DNA from: Leptolyngbyaceae cyanobacterium
GTDB taxonomy: Bacteria > Cyanobacteriota > Cyanobacteriia > Phormidesmidales > Phormidesmidaceae
DNA: 64,000 bases
Reading direction: 5' to 3'
NCBI GenBank assembly: GCA_965263355.1
Contig: CBDHHL010000039.1
Coordinates: 18,821 to 82,820 of the forward strand
The translations under genes and the position numbers were made by a program. Below are positions 27,981 to 36,622 of this stretch, piece by piece. Within the stretch, counting starts at the first letter, position 1. Each line of letters starts with the position of its first letter. The notes under the pieces are model-generated. The model had not been told where the DNA came from. It ran no database searches and saw only the letters and a program-made list of their open reading frames with translations.

Positions 27981-28196
27981 ATGGGAACGAATGAATCGGA
28001 CAAGACTTTGCGCATCCAGGGAATAATCGATCCAGGGATGGCAGCCGCTATTCGTTCATATATGACTTTGGCTGGAGTCGACTCGCCAACGTCAGCAGCG
28101 ATCACGTTGCTCAGAAATTATCTGTATAGTTCCGAGTATCAAAGATATTTAGATAATGTAGCGTCACATCCAAGAGAAAAAAATAACTATGAATAA
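27981..28196 (+). CDS. Small regulator, possible ribbon-helix-helix
   Basis: Divergent small ORF with beta-alpha-alpha pattern. Confidence 0.45.
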   Translation: MGTNESDKTLRIQGIIDPGMAAAIRSYMTLAGVDSPTSAAITLLRNYLYSSEYQRYLDNVASHPREKNNYE

Positions 28197-28497
28197 CCTA
28201 GAAGAATTGTACCAAGACCTAACCGCTGCCACCATGGCCCAGCTAACAAATGCGTTGGGAGTGTATGCGTTCGCCGTTTCTACTTTCGATTGGCCGGAAG
28301 AAATCACAATTGGCATGGCGCTGAAGATGCTAGACGAGTTATTCGAGAACTCAAATCGGTTCTCTAGGGTGGAAAAAGATTTTGTTGATGAGGCTAAGAG
28401 GCGCACTGAAGCCGCTATCATAGATGCGCTAAAAACTCAAAGACAAATTATTGGCCAGATCAAGCAGTCTTTACCGAGTGAAAATGATAAAAAATAA
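28189..28497 (+). CDS. Hypothetical protein
   Basis: ORF. Confidence 0.6.
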   Translation: MNNLEELYQDLTAATMAQLTNALGVYAFAVSTFDWPEEITIGMALKMLDELFENSNRFSRVEKDFVDEAKRRTEAAIIDALKTQRQIIGQIKQSLPSENDKK

Positions 28498-28618
28498 ACC
28501 GTTGGTTCGCTCAAGAAAACTAAAACCGTGCAAAAAGACGATGAGTCTGGTTAAGCTGCAAGAGATCGCAAAAATAAATAAACAGGCTGAACAGATATTA
28601 AATTCAAGTTTTTAAGCC

Positions 28619-28990
28619 ATGACTTATATATTGAAAGAATTAAAAACAGAATCTACCGAATACTCAATCAAACTAGAAATCGTTTTACGAAAATCAAACA
28701 ATTTGTTGATTATCACTGCTGAATCAACGCAAAGAGGGAATGCCTGGGCATTCGCTTCTTGTTTAAGCGAACTGATTGGGACTGACGTAGAGGCACATGT
28801 CACTAAAAACAATGTTTTGATTGACAAGTGCCTGTTAAATGGGGATGTGCTTAGTGAGCTATCAACGTTTGAGCAGACTAAGACAATAGACGCATTGTTT
28901 GAAAAAATCTGGCGTGTTTCAAAAACACTTATACCAGAAGAAAGCGAGTGCGAAGAGGTTATTGTGTCGATGGTTGATAAAAATGATTAA
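28619..28990 (+). CDS. Hypothetical protein
   Basis: ORF. Confidence 0.6.
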   Translation: MTYILKELKTESTEYSIKLEIVLRKSNNLLIITAESTQRGNAWAFASCLSELIGTDVEAHVTKNNVLIDKCLLNGDVLSELSTFEQTKTIDALFEKIWRVSKTLIPEESECEEVIVSMVDKND

Positions 28991-29058
28991 AAAAATATTG
29001 TGCGCCATTGGCTGGCATAAATGGACTTGACTGCTGTCTGAAGTCAGGCATGTGGAAA

Positions 29059-29277
29059 ATGAGTAAACAGCAAATCAATCAAGAAATACAAGACCTATGG
29101 TTCAAAGCGTTCCTGAGGGATCTGGATGAATTATTTGAGGGCAACGGGCTATCTTTGGTGCTAGAGGCCCAAGGTAGCTCGCTGATGATTCGCCTTATTA
29201 ACGCAGAAGATGCTGATTTTGACCCAAGTGATTGGGTAAATCTGGTGGATTTGCCGTTAGCCAATTCAGACAAATAG
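29059..29277 (+). CDS. Hypothetical protein
   Basis: ORF, probable start MSKQQ. Confidence 0.5.
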   Translation: MSKQQINQEIQDLWFKAFLRDLDELFEGNGLSLVLEAQGSSLMIRLINAEDADFDPSDWVNLVDLPLANSDK

Positions 29278-29315
29278 GCTGCGAATCGCGAGATCGAGTG
29301 GCTGAATGTAGATCT

Positions 29316-29588
29316 TTAGCTTTCATCCATTACTGTAGGGCAATTTTCAGGAATAACAAATGCTTCAAACCGTTGGCCTGGCCCTCTCGCTGGCCTATTT
29401 TTGAGTGCCTTAACGAAGCTTTCATTATTTAATCCCAACGGGATAGCGTCACCACCAATAACAGCGTTTAGTCCATCGCGTCGATAATGACCCCAAGAGC
29501 TGGCACAGGAGCAATAGCGAAGCCCATAGGCCAAAGCTCTGATATCTTCGCATTTTGGGCAAAATATAAGCTTCATCACAAACTTCAA
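29316..29588 (-). CDS. Zinc-binding hypothetical protein
   Basis: CPKC and CSC motifs. Confidence 0.65.
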   Translation of the reverse strand: MKFVMKLIFCPKCEDIRALAYGLRYCSCASSWGHYRRDGLNAVIGGDAIPLGLNNESFVKALKNRPARGPGQRFEAFVIPENCPTVMDES

Positions 29589-29646
29589 TAAGCCGCTGCC
29601 AACCTAGGCATCTTATATCGTGAAAGCAGCGGGCACACACACATTA

Positions 29647-29682
29647 TAAAGGCTCAGGACTTAATAAAATCCTGAGCCTTTT
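29647..29682. terminator. Intrinsic terminator
   Basis: AAAGGCTCAGGA...TCCTGAGCCTTT. Confidence 0.7.
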
Positions 29683-29941
29683 AGCATTAAACCTTAGTCA
29701 CCGTTGCCCCTGGATTATCGGCCCTTGCCTCTCTCAAGGCTTGAGCATAATCTTGGTAAACGTATTCAACCGTTGGACCATTATTTATCTTGAACTTGAA
29801 CGTCTGTAACTTCTGCTTCATATTCTTGACTTTTTCCGAATATTTCCAATAGCAATTTTTGTGATACACCTGATTGTTTTTGAGCTTTTTTAGCAGCTTC
29901 TGCAAGTGCCAGCTCAATACTTCTATCTGAAAGTAGACTGC

Positions 29942-30253
29942 TTAGTATTTCCATGAATTCCTTCTTTGCCTAAATTGTGTTTTATGGAATCCTCCATCAT
30001 GAGCTTTAGAGTCCCCAAACGATGTTTTCCGATGACTTCCTGACGGCTTCGCGATCGACTGTTGCACATAGCCGAGCGCCTTTAATGCCGCCACACTAAG
30101 CCAACCAACACGCGGCAGAAATGCATCTCCTGTAACAGTATCAAAAGACAAATTAATGTCTTGTCCTTTATGCTTGAAAGGCCACTGAATGACCCGTTGA
30201 CTATTACAACTTTTCAAGATATTCCCCCATTGCTTTTGAAATAACGATTTCAC
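29942..30253 (-). CDS. Hypothetical protein
   Basis: ORF in a run of small overlapping minus-strand genes. Confidence 0.5.
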   Translation of the reverse strand: MKSLFQKQWGNILKSCNSQRVIQWPFKHKGQDINLSFDTVTGDAFLPRVGWLSVAALKALGYVQQSIAKPSGSHRKTSFGDSKAHDGGFHKTQFRQRRNSWKY

Positions 30254-30395
30254 GTTGTTTCTGAGTTTTAACCGGCATTCCTGTTATGGCTGCATACTGA
30301 CGGATTGCCAGGTTTAGCGCCGTTGGTTCTGTGGCTGTAGCGATCGTTTTAGCTACAAATTGTCGCCATTCTTTAGAACTAAGGACTTTAGCCAT
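30204..30395 (-). CDS. Hypothetical protein
   Basis: ORF. Confidence 0.5.
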   Translation of the reverse strand: MAKVLSSKEWRQFVAKTIATATEPTALNLAIRQYAAITGMPVKTQKQREIVISKAMGEYLEKL

Positions 30396-30633
30396 GGTTA
30401 TTTAACGCTTGCAAGATTTTCATTTTTGTTTCGTTATCAACGCCTTGAAGTTGATTAACCAAGTCAGGCATCAACAAATTAATTTTTTCTTGCTTGCTTA
30501 ACCCTGTCGGCAGAGTCGGCCTAGTAGCTGTCAAAAGCTTTTTATTAATTGGCCTTCTTTCTTCCCGTTGCCATGCCTGAATCGCCATAATCTTTCTCGT
30601 AATAAACATCAATCCTTGGCCAAAGAACAACAT
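30388..30633 (-). CDS. Hypothetical protein
   Basis: ORF; start uncertain. Confidence 0.45.
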   Translation of the reverse strand: MLFFGQGLMFITRKIMAIQAWQREERRPINKKLLTATRPTLPTGLSKQEKINLLMPDLVNQLQGVDNETKMKILQALNNHG

Positions 30634-30869
30634 ACAAAGCAGTTAATACAAGGGATGCCGCCAAGATTACGATCCCTACCTGCAAGAAAAGACTTACCAT
30701 TTTACTGAAACCTGCGTACACAACGCCTTTTGTTGTTGATAATCGTAGATCGCTTCCTCGTGAGTCGCGAAACATCGGTCAGACACTAGAATATTTGTTT
30801 TCCATGTCCAAAAACCATCTGAAGACTGGAAATATGTAACTTGATCCACTACTGCAACTCCTATTCGTT

Positions 30870-31196
30870 TTACTGATCAGAAAAAGCTAAATGTATTTTC
30901 AGTAAATCTGAAAGATGTTGTTTTTCAATTTCGAGAAGAGCTTTTTCGTTATTTTTTTGACACAATTCAGCGTCGAGATTGATATACTCTTCGTTCGTGC
31001 TTGTTAGATGGCTTAATGCAGCTTTGCGAGCGTCTGCATTTTTTAACGTTTTATCACTATTAACTTCCTGGCTTAATTCAGTAAGCTTTAGTGACATCGC
31101 TTTATTAATGCCAGCAATTAAATTAGATGTCGCTAATATATCTAACTTAATCTGATGCAACTTATCAGCTAGATCAATGCATTCGTTTTTCATCAC
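30870..31196 (-). CDS. Coiled-coil hypothetical protein
   Basis: LKNADARKA motif; helical. Confidence 0.6.
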   Translation of the reverse strand: MMKNECIDLADKLHQIKLDILATSNLIAGINKAMSLKLTELSQEVNSDKTLKNADARKAALSHLTSTNEEYINLDAELCQKNNEKALLEIEKQHLSDLLKIHLAFSDQ

Positions 31197-31453
31197 AATT
31201 CTTCTGCTAGTTGTTTAATAAACTCTCTAACACCCTGTTCATTCCTGGTGTAATCGACGAAACTTGCCCGTTTTACACCAGTCACAAGACCCGCAGCTTC
31301 TAACTGCCTCAAATGCCTAGAAGCCGTAGGATGATGCACCCCTAAGGCGATAGCAACCTGGCCACTAGTGAGCACGCTTTCTCTTTTCAGCACTTGCATA
31401 ACCTCCAGTCGGCCAGGGTTAGCAAGCGCTGAAAGACAATCATGTACGCTCAT
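31193..31453 (-). CDS. ArsR-family HTH regulator
   Basis: ALANPGRL.V...L and PTASRHLRQLEAAGLV. Confidence 0.85.
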   Translation of the reverse strand: MSVHDCLSALANPGRLEVMQVLKRESVLTSGQVAIALGVHHPTASRHLRQLEAAGLVTGVKRASFVDYTRNEQGVREFIKQLAEEL

Positions 31454-32177
31454 TTTCCGTTTTTAGGCAAGTAACAGAGAGTTTCCCAACATATAAACCG
31501 CTGTGTTTTCGACGCTTTGACGGCTCGATAAAGACTTCAGCGATATCCCCAGACTGATAACCGTTAATAGGTCTTAACGGATAGTTTGGATGCTGTTTAT
31601 TCTCGGCAATGGCTGCAGCTTTGCAATCCTCCAGGGAGCCTGTTGCTGCAACTGGCTGGCCATATGGCGAATACTCCCAGCGCATAGCTGTGAGATTGAA
31701 TCCGATGTGGCCCAGTTTCTCTGCCTCGTTCAGGACAATCCATTGAGTGCTGTGAGTTTGGCGAAATGTTATGGTGGTCATAAGGCTAAATAATTGTGGG
31801 ATCTTCTCCCAAGCATTGCTGTAAAGTTTGCCTCGAAACTGTTGGGAAAGGTTGATAGACAAGAGACACAGGCTTATAAACCGTTCGTCTATACTGTTTA
31901 ATCTCAAGTCCTCAGAGCTACAAACTGGCGGTCATTCGCAGGTGAGTCGCATTAAAGCGTCACTTTCTCAACGTAGATACTTAAACCCTTGCTTTCGCAA
32001 CTTCAGTCATTTCTGAAGATTCTGCACGTTACTTCCCTGCTAAGCAGGTTTGACTACATCTGTACGGATTTGTCTAGGTTTTTAGTAACGGTTCCAGTTA
32101 AGTTCTATGTGCCCCTGGTAGCCTTTCTCTGGCAGAAAAATAGACCAGGAGTCACTGCCTTTTTCTTTTAGTGTCAT
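31440..32177 (-). pseudogene. Hypothetical gene interrupted by a 240-bp mini element
   Basis: Removing 31852..32091 joins MTLKEKG...IELNWN in frame to LSQQFRGK...; promoter TTGACA-17-CATAAT and AAGGA RBS upstream. Confidence 0.65.
31852..32091 (+). mobile_element. Non-autonomous IS607-derived mini element (omega-RNA-like right end)
   Basis: GG at both junctions; end TTTGTCTAGGTTTTTAGTAACGG resembles TTTGTCTAGTTATTTAGAAGCGG of the IS607 at 59760. Confidence 0.65.
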
Positions 32178-32237
32178 TTTCCTTTTTTGGAAAGTGTTCA
32201 ATTCCAATTATGGATGTTATTTCCAAATCTGTCAATA

Positions 32238-32591
32238 CTAAATTGCCGCAAACTGTTGAATTGACAGATTAATCTGCTCTCGCTTCTGCCAAAGGCTGCC
32301 TAGCTTTTTAGATTGTTTTTTCTCTAGCCAAACACCATGTTCAAGATAGTAGCTAATCTCATGTGCCTTTAGCCCTCTATGGGCCAAAATCTTTTCTAAT
32401 GCCTGAAAAGAAAAGTCGTCTAGTTGCTTAACATAATTGCCAGAACGCCAAGCCGCAATTGTTTGATGACTTGCTAGTCCATCGCAGCGATCGCTTAGGT
32501 CTCGAACCGTTGCATCAATTCCAGCTGCTTTAAGTATCTTTTTCGATAGCAGCTCTGATAATCTTTGTTTATATTGCGTTGATGCTCTCAT
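32238..32591 (-). CDS. Putative HTH regulator
   Basis: TVRDLS...ASHQTIAAWRSG. Confidence 0.5.
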   Translation of the reverse strand: MRASTQYKQRLSELLSKKILKAAGIDATVRDLSDRCDGLASHQTIAAWRSGNYVKQLDDFSFQALEKILAHRGLKAHEISYYLEHGVWLEKKQSKKLGSLWQKREQINLSIQQFAAI

Positions 32592-32601
32592 GGCCGTTAA
32601 A

Positions 32602-33453
32602 CTATGAAACTAAAACTTTCAGGCTAATTATTTCGATGGGGGGAAGTGCCCCTAGTGACAACATGCCCTGCTTACATTCATGAGCAAGGCTCAAATCAGG
32701 CTTGCTTGCTAAATTTACTCCTCTGTAAATAGTATTTACAGATTCCTTTGATTCTAGGATATCAAATTGTTTGGGCGGTCGCAGTAAATCAATTAAGTAT
32801 TTTGCTGAACCATCGCTTAAGTTATCGGCTTTATCGCCGACTGCTATCTTCCATCGCCAAACATCATCACATCTAAATGATTGATAGCTAGGCAATGCCC
32901 ACCATTTTTGACGTTTCTTAGATTGCTGGTTCCATTTGCTGCAAAGCCAATTAAATATCTCTTCTCGACTTCGAACCCGTGGTGGATGGTTGCGAGTATT
33001 TAGCCAAAAAATATCAGGGTCTTGGACTAACCCATGCCAGTCACTATCAACGGTGGCCAAATAAATCTGATCGATTAATCCTGAGCTGCCATCTAGCCAT
33101 AGCCGAACAATAGCAGCGGCTACGTCGTCGGCTTCTTGTGATTTTATGTCAATCAAAGAAGCACTACTGCTTAATATGCCCTCCATCGCAGTATGAAATG
33201 ATGCGGGTTTAGGTTTTCGGCCTGCTTTGTAGTCGGGGAATAACTGATTACGCCAGTAGGGCTTAGAGTCAATTGCCCAGACGCATCTACCAGTTGATTG
33301 CAACGCGGGAATCCAGCCTAGTGAATTAACCCATTCTGCCGCCATGTAAGCGTAAGCTTTAGCATTAGTTTCGGTTAGGCCTGCCTTGTCAATCTGTGCC
33401 GACATTTGGAAGGCGATCACAGACGTATCAACAACAATTAAATTATTCATCAT
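32602..33453 (-). CDS. 5'-3' exonuclease / flap endonuclease (PIN fold)
   Basis: VVD, WR...PDYKAGR, EADD, DSD and GDKADN motifs. Confidence 0.85.
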   Translation of the reverse strand: MMNNLIVVDTSVIAFQMSAQIDKAGLTETNAKAYAYMAAEWVNSLGWIPALQSTGRCVWAIDSKPYWRNQLFPDYKAGRKPKPASFHTAMEGILSSSASLIDIKSQEADDVAAAIVRLWLDGSSGLIDQIYLATVDSDWHGLVQDPDIFWLNTRNHPPRVRSREEIFNWLCSKWNQQSKKRQKWWALPSYQSFRCDDVWRWKIAVGDKADNLSDGSAKYLIDLLRPPKQFDILESKESVNTIYRGVNLASKPDLSLAHECKQGMLSLGALPPIEIISLKVLVS

Positions 33454-33731
33454 TAAAAAAATATTTTTGGACTATTTTGATCCAGCTTCCAAGTACTTGG
33501 GATTAATGCAGGACCGCCATCGCTCCAACCGACAGGGATGACAGGAAAAGAACACTCAGAAGCTTTGCAGCTATTACTTAACGGGTTACCCTGCATCAAA
33601 GCTGACGGTCTATAACCAGGAAATACGGCCCAGATAAACCCATCAGCGCGAGAAAATACAAGGTAGTAGTGACCGAGAATATTGACGTAATCACCAATAT
33701 TGCCGTGTAGATTGAATTTCATTTTGAGCAA
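33453..33731 (-). CDS. Hypothetical protein
   Basis: ORF. Confidence 0.5.
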   Translation of the reverse strand: MLKMKFNLHGNIGDYVNILGHYYLVFSRADGFIWAVFPGYRPSALMQGNPLSNSCKASECSFPVIPVGWSDGGPALIPSTWKLDQNSPKIFF

Positions 33732-33838
33732 AAGTTTCCTCTATTTCTTCTGGTGTAGCTTGACGTTTTCGACCATAATCATCAATCCAATATTTGCCAT
33801 CGTCGTAATACATGGCCTGACCTATTTTGTTTTCACGA

Positions 33839-35380
33839 TCAATCTCTCATTAATTTGTAAATTAAACTTTGAGCTTTAGCGATGCATTCTTGAAACTCTT
33901 TTTCCTGAGCAGAGTCGACGGCGTACCACAATGTTTCTAGCCCTGGGATTGCAAGAAACCCGTCAATTTCGTACTCTTCACAAAAGCAGTCAATCAGGCA
34001 GATCATGACGTGCATAGCATCGGTTAATGGTCTTAATTGCAGCCAGTCAGCCTTAGCTTTTTTGTTTGCTTTCACTGGCTCAGGCGGTTTAGCAAAATGC
34101 GTTTTAATGTTCGGCTGGCTGGCTAGTGTTTTAGCTAATGCATTCCCTGGAACCGTTGGCATCGGAACCCTAGCTTCAAACAGCATGTAACTAGTGGTCG
34201 GCTGATCACTAACTCCAGTAATTAAAAATTGCCGAATCATCCAATGATGACTCCAAATAGTGCTTTTGGGCATCCCTGATACATCGTGAGCAGGGTTAAA
34301 GCCCATATTGACCATGCCGTTAACGCTATATCCATCGCGAAATGTACGCAAATGTGATTTGCCCCAATTAACTAGAGCAATATCATTAGAATCTCGTTTG
34401 CTAAGCTTGATTTTTTTGGCTTTTTCGTATTCAGTTTCTATATAAGAAACAAGTTCTTGCCAATCACCAACCGGATATCTAAGCCCAGTCGTTGCCGCCA
34501 TGCCATAAAGAATCACTGGGCTTGGGCAATAGATGTTAGAAACCAGTGGCCATAGTTCTTGAAACAATCGAAGGGTTACCCAGACATCTTGAGCGCAATA
34601 CTCAAACAGTGTCTGTGGCCCTTCTCCACCAACTGTTTTCAGAATCTCAATTCCCAGCACATCACTAGCTAAACTGGCCAGATCCATGTCGGACGCCTGA
34701 GTTACCCAATCAGGAGCAGGCTTACCATTAGCGATCGCAACCTTGTGCTTCTCATACTGCGATCGTTGTTCTTTGTGAATGCCTCTGACAAGCATTGCCA
34801 GGGCCATCACATCTATAAATAGACAACGTTCTGGGCCATACTCTGCATAAGAGCTACTAAGAAATTGCGAGTCATGGGCAGCCCCGTTCTGAGTGATTAT
34901 GATGCAACCAGTTGGGAACGGAATAGTACGCTGCGCAGTTTCCGTCCAGCGATACATTGGATTTTGCTCTTGCCATGCATACCAGTAACCATCGGCCCCA
35001 TAGCAAATGCATAGGCAGGGCAACCATGCGTCTATATCAGCGTTGGCTGTGAATGCTTGCAGCTCGATGGATTCAACATCGAGCACCATGGTTGTAGGCA
35101 GATCATCAGGATCTATAAAATCCCAAGTCCAGCCTCCATCAAAGCGAGCCCAACCATTCCCACCTAACTGGTCCAATGTTGGGATAAATTCAACCGGGAA
35201 TCGCTCAACTTGCACATTATTTAATAGGGGGGTTAATTCAACTGCAATGTCATACCAAAGATCCCCAACCATTCCTTCTAGCCAAGCTCGCCATTCGGCA
35301 CCTGTGGCCCCCTCCTTAGGATATGGATAAGAGCTGAACTTTGGTTCTGTTACTGGTCTAGTAATTGTTGTTGCTGACAT
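33839..35380 (-). CDS. DNA polymerase gamma-like protein: 3'-5' exonuclease motifs intact, polymerase domain degenerate
   Basis: VLDVE, QN.AAHD, FIDVM, YCAQDVW.T..LFQ and CP.PV.L.GM; motif C region reads LAIPGLET instead of ISIHDE. Confidence 0.75.
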   Translation of the reverse strand: MSATTITRPVTEPKFSSYPYPKEGATGAEWRAWLEGMVGDLWYDIAVELTPLLNNVQVERFPVEFIPTLDQLGGNGWARFDGGWTWDFIDPDDLPTTMVLDVESIELQAFTANADIDAWLPCLCICYGADGYWYAWQEQNPMYRWTETAQRTIPFPTGCIIITQNGAAHDSQFLSSSYAEYGPERCLFIDVMALAMLVRGIHKEQRSQYEKHKVAIANGKPAPDWVTQASDMDLASLASDVLGIEILKTVGGEGPQTLFEYCAQDVWVTLRLFQELWPLVSNIYCPSPVILYGMAATTGLRYPVGDWQELVSYIETEYEKAKKIKLSKRDSNDIALVNWGKSHLRTFRDGYSVNGMVNMGFNPAHDVSGMPKSTIWSHHWMIRQFLITGVSDQPTTSYMLFEARVPMPTVPGNALAKTLASQPNIKTHFAKPPEPVKANKKAKADWLQLRPLTDAMHVMICLIDCFCEEYEIDGFLAIPGLETLWYAVDSAQEKEFQECIAKAQSLIYKLMRD

Positions 35381-35709
35381 GATTTATTAGTTTGTTTGAA
35401 CTTTTGACCGGCCCATTGTGCGTGCTTACGTTTCGCATTTTGAGCTTCTGTTTCTTTTGTATCGTCGTCATGGGCCACACCAACAGCTTGGCGACGGTAT
35501 ACCTCAATTAAGTAAGGGATTTTATGCTTTTTCTTATTGAGGCAATCAAGCCGTTGGTCAACATCTACCCACCAAATGCCATCAGAACGAGTTAGGCAAT
35601 AATCACAGCGACATAGGCTAGCGTCTAAGCCTGGGATGATGGCATCCGATGGGGCAGTGCATTTGGTTTTAGAACGACGGGTTAAGGGTAGTTCTAATTG
35701 GTGAGGCAT
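35350..35709 (-). CDS. Hypothetical zinc-binding protein
   Basis: CRCDYC motif. Confidence 0.55.
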   Translation of the reverse strand: MPHQLELPLTRRSKTKCTAPSDAIIPGLDASLCRCDYCLTRSDGIWWVDVDQRLDCLNKKKHKIPYLIEVYRRQAVGVAHDDDTKETEAQNAKRKHAQWAGQKFKQTNKSCQQQQLLDQ

Positions 35710-35711
35710 GG

Positions 35712-36551
35712 TTATACAGGAAAGATTTCTAGTGGGATACCTGCGCCTGTTTTTTTCAGGACTTGAGCGAATTCATTGTCAATCAAATAAGCTTTCCACT
35801 TGTACATGGCCAATGGAACCATGTCGAATTCTTGCAAGCACCATTCTTTATAGCTTTGATACCATTTAGAAATTGGTTTTTGTTGGTTTCTAATCAAAGC
35901 TAAGCTAGCCAACCAGTTCTCAACACTGCGGGCCTGTAATTCACGCTTTCGTTTGATAAGGTACTTTTTGCGATTATCTTCTGCAATCAATTGAGCGCAT
36001 GCATACTCTGGATAACAAATTAGTGCAGCTCGGTGCTTAAGGTCTCGGGATTGAGCGCAGTCCTTTGGAAACACATCTTCGATTTGCTCAACCATTTTAA
36101 TGAACTTAAGCTCATGGGCTGGGATTGACTCTTCAGCCTCCAATCGGCCTTCAGTCATATAAGTACGAACCCATTTGCTAACTTGCAGGGCAAATGCTGG
36201 GCTGCACCACATTGCAAATTGAATAGCAATATCAGGGTGTGCCCATGTCCCACCATTACGGCCTTGGATGGTTCTAATAGGTGGCTCAATATCCTTGCTA
36301 TCACTAGCATTTTCTGAAAACTCCCCCTCTGAGGGGGTAGATAAGTACGGACACTTTTGATGTCTTAAAAACTCATCAAACAATTCTTTCGTGGGCTCGG
36401 TTTTTAGCCAATGATCAATTCGCTTGCCGGTAGCATTAGCCATCTGATTGAGATTGATATAGCCATCTTCTCGCTTTTGCCAGATATCAACTTGATTAAA
36501 GCTGCGAACGATATTGGAATCGTTATTGTCGTTGGAAGTGTTTATGGTCAT
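35712..36551 (-). CDS. KilA-N domain protein with primase-like C-terminal winged helix
   Basis: DGYINLNQMANATGK and GTWAHPDIAIQFAMWCSPAF. Confidence 0.85.
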   Translation of the reverse strand: MTINTSNDNNDSNIVRSFNQVDIWQKREDGYINLNQMANATGKRIDHWLKTEPTKELFDEFLRHQKCPYLSTPSEGEFSENASDSKDIEPPIRTIQGRNGGTWAHPDIAIQFAMWCSPAFALQVSKWVRTYMTEGRLEAEESIPAHELKFIKMVEQIEDVFPKDCAQSRDLKHRAALICYPEYACAQLIAEDNRKKYLIKRKRELQARSVENWLASLALIRNQQKPISKWYQSYKEWCLQEFDMVPLAMYKWKAYLIDNEFAQVLKKTGAGIPLEIFPV

Positions 36552-36622
36552 AGTTTTTAGCCTTTTCTTGTTTGATTTGAATTACTTGAATTGATGCACC
36601 GTGAATTGACGAACTTGACTAG

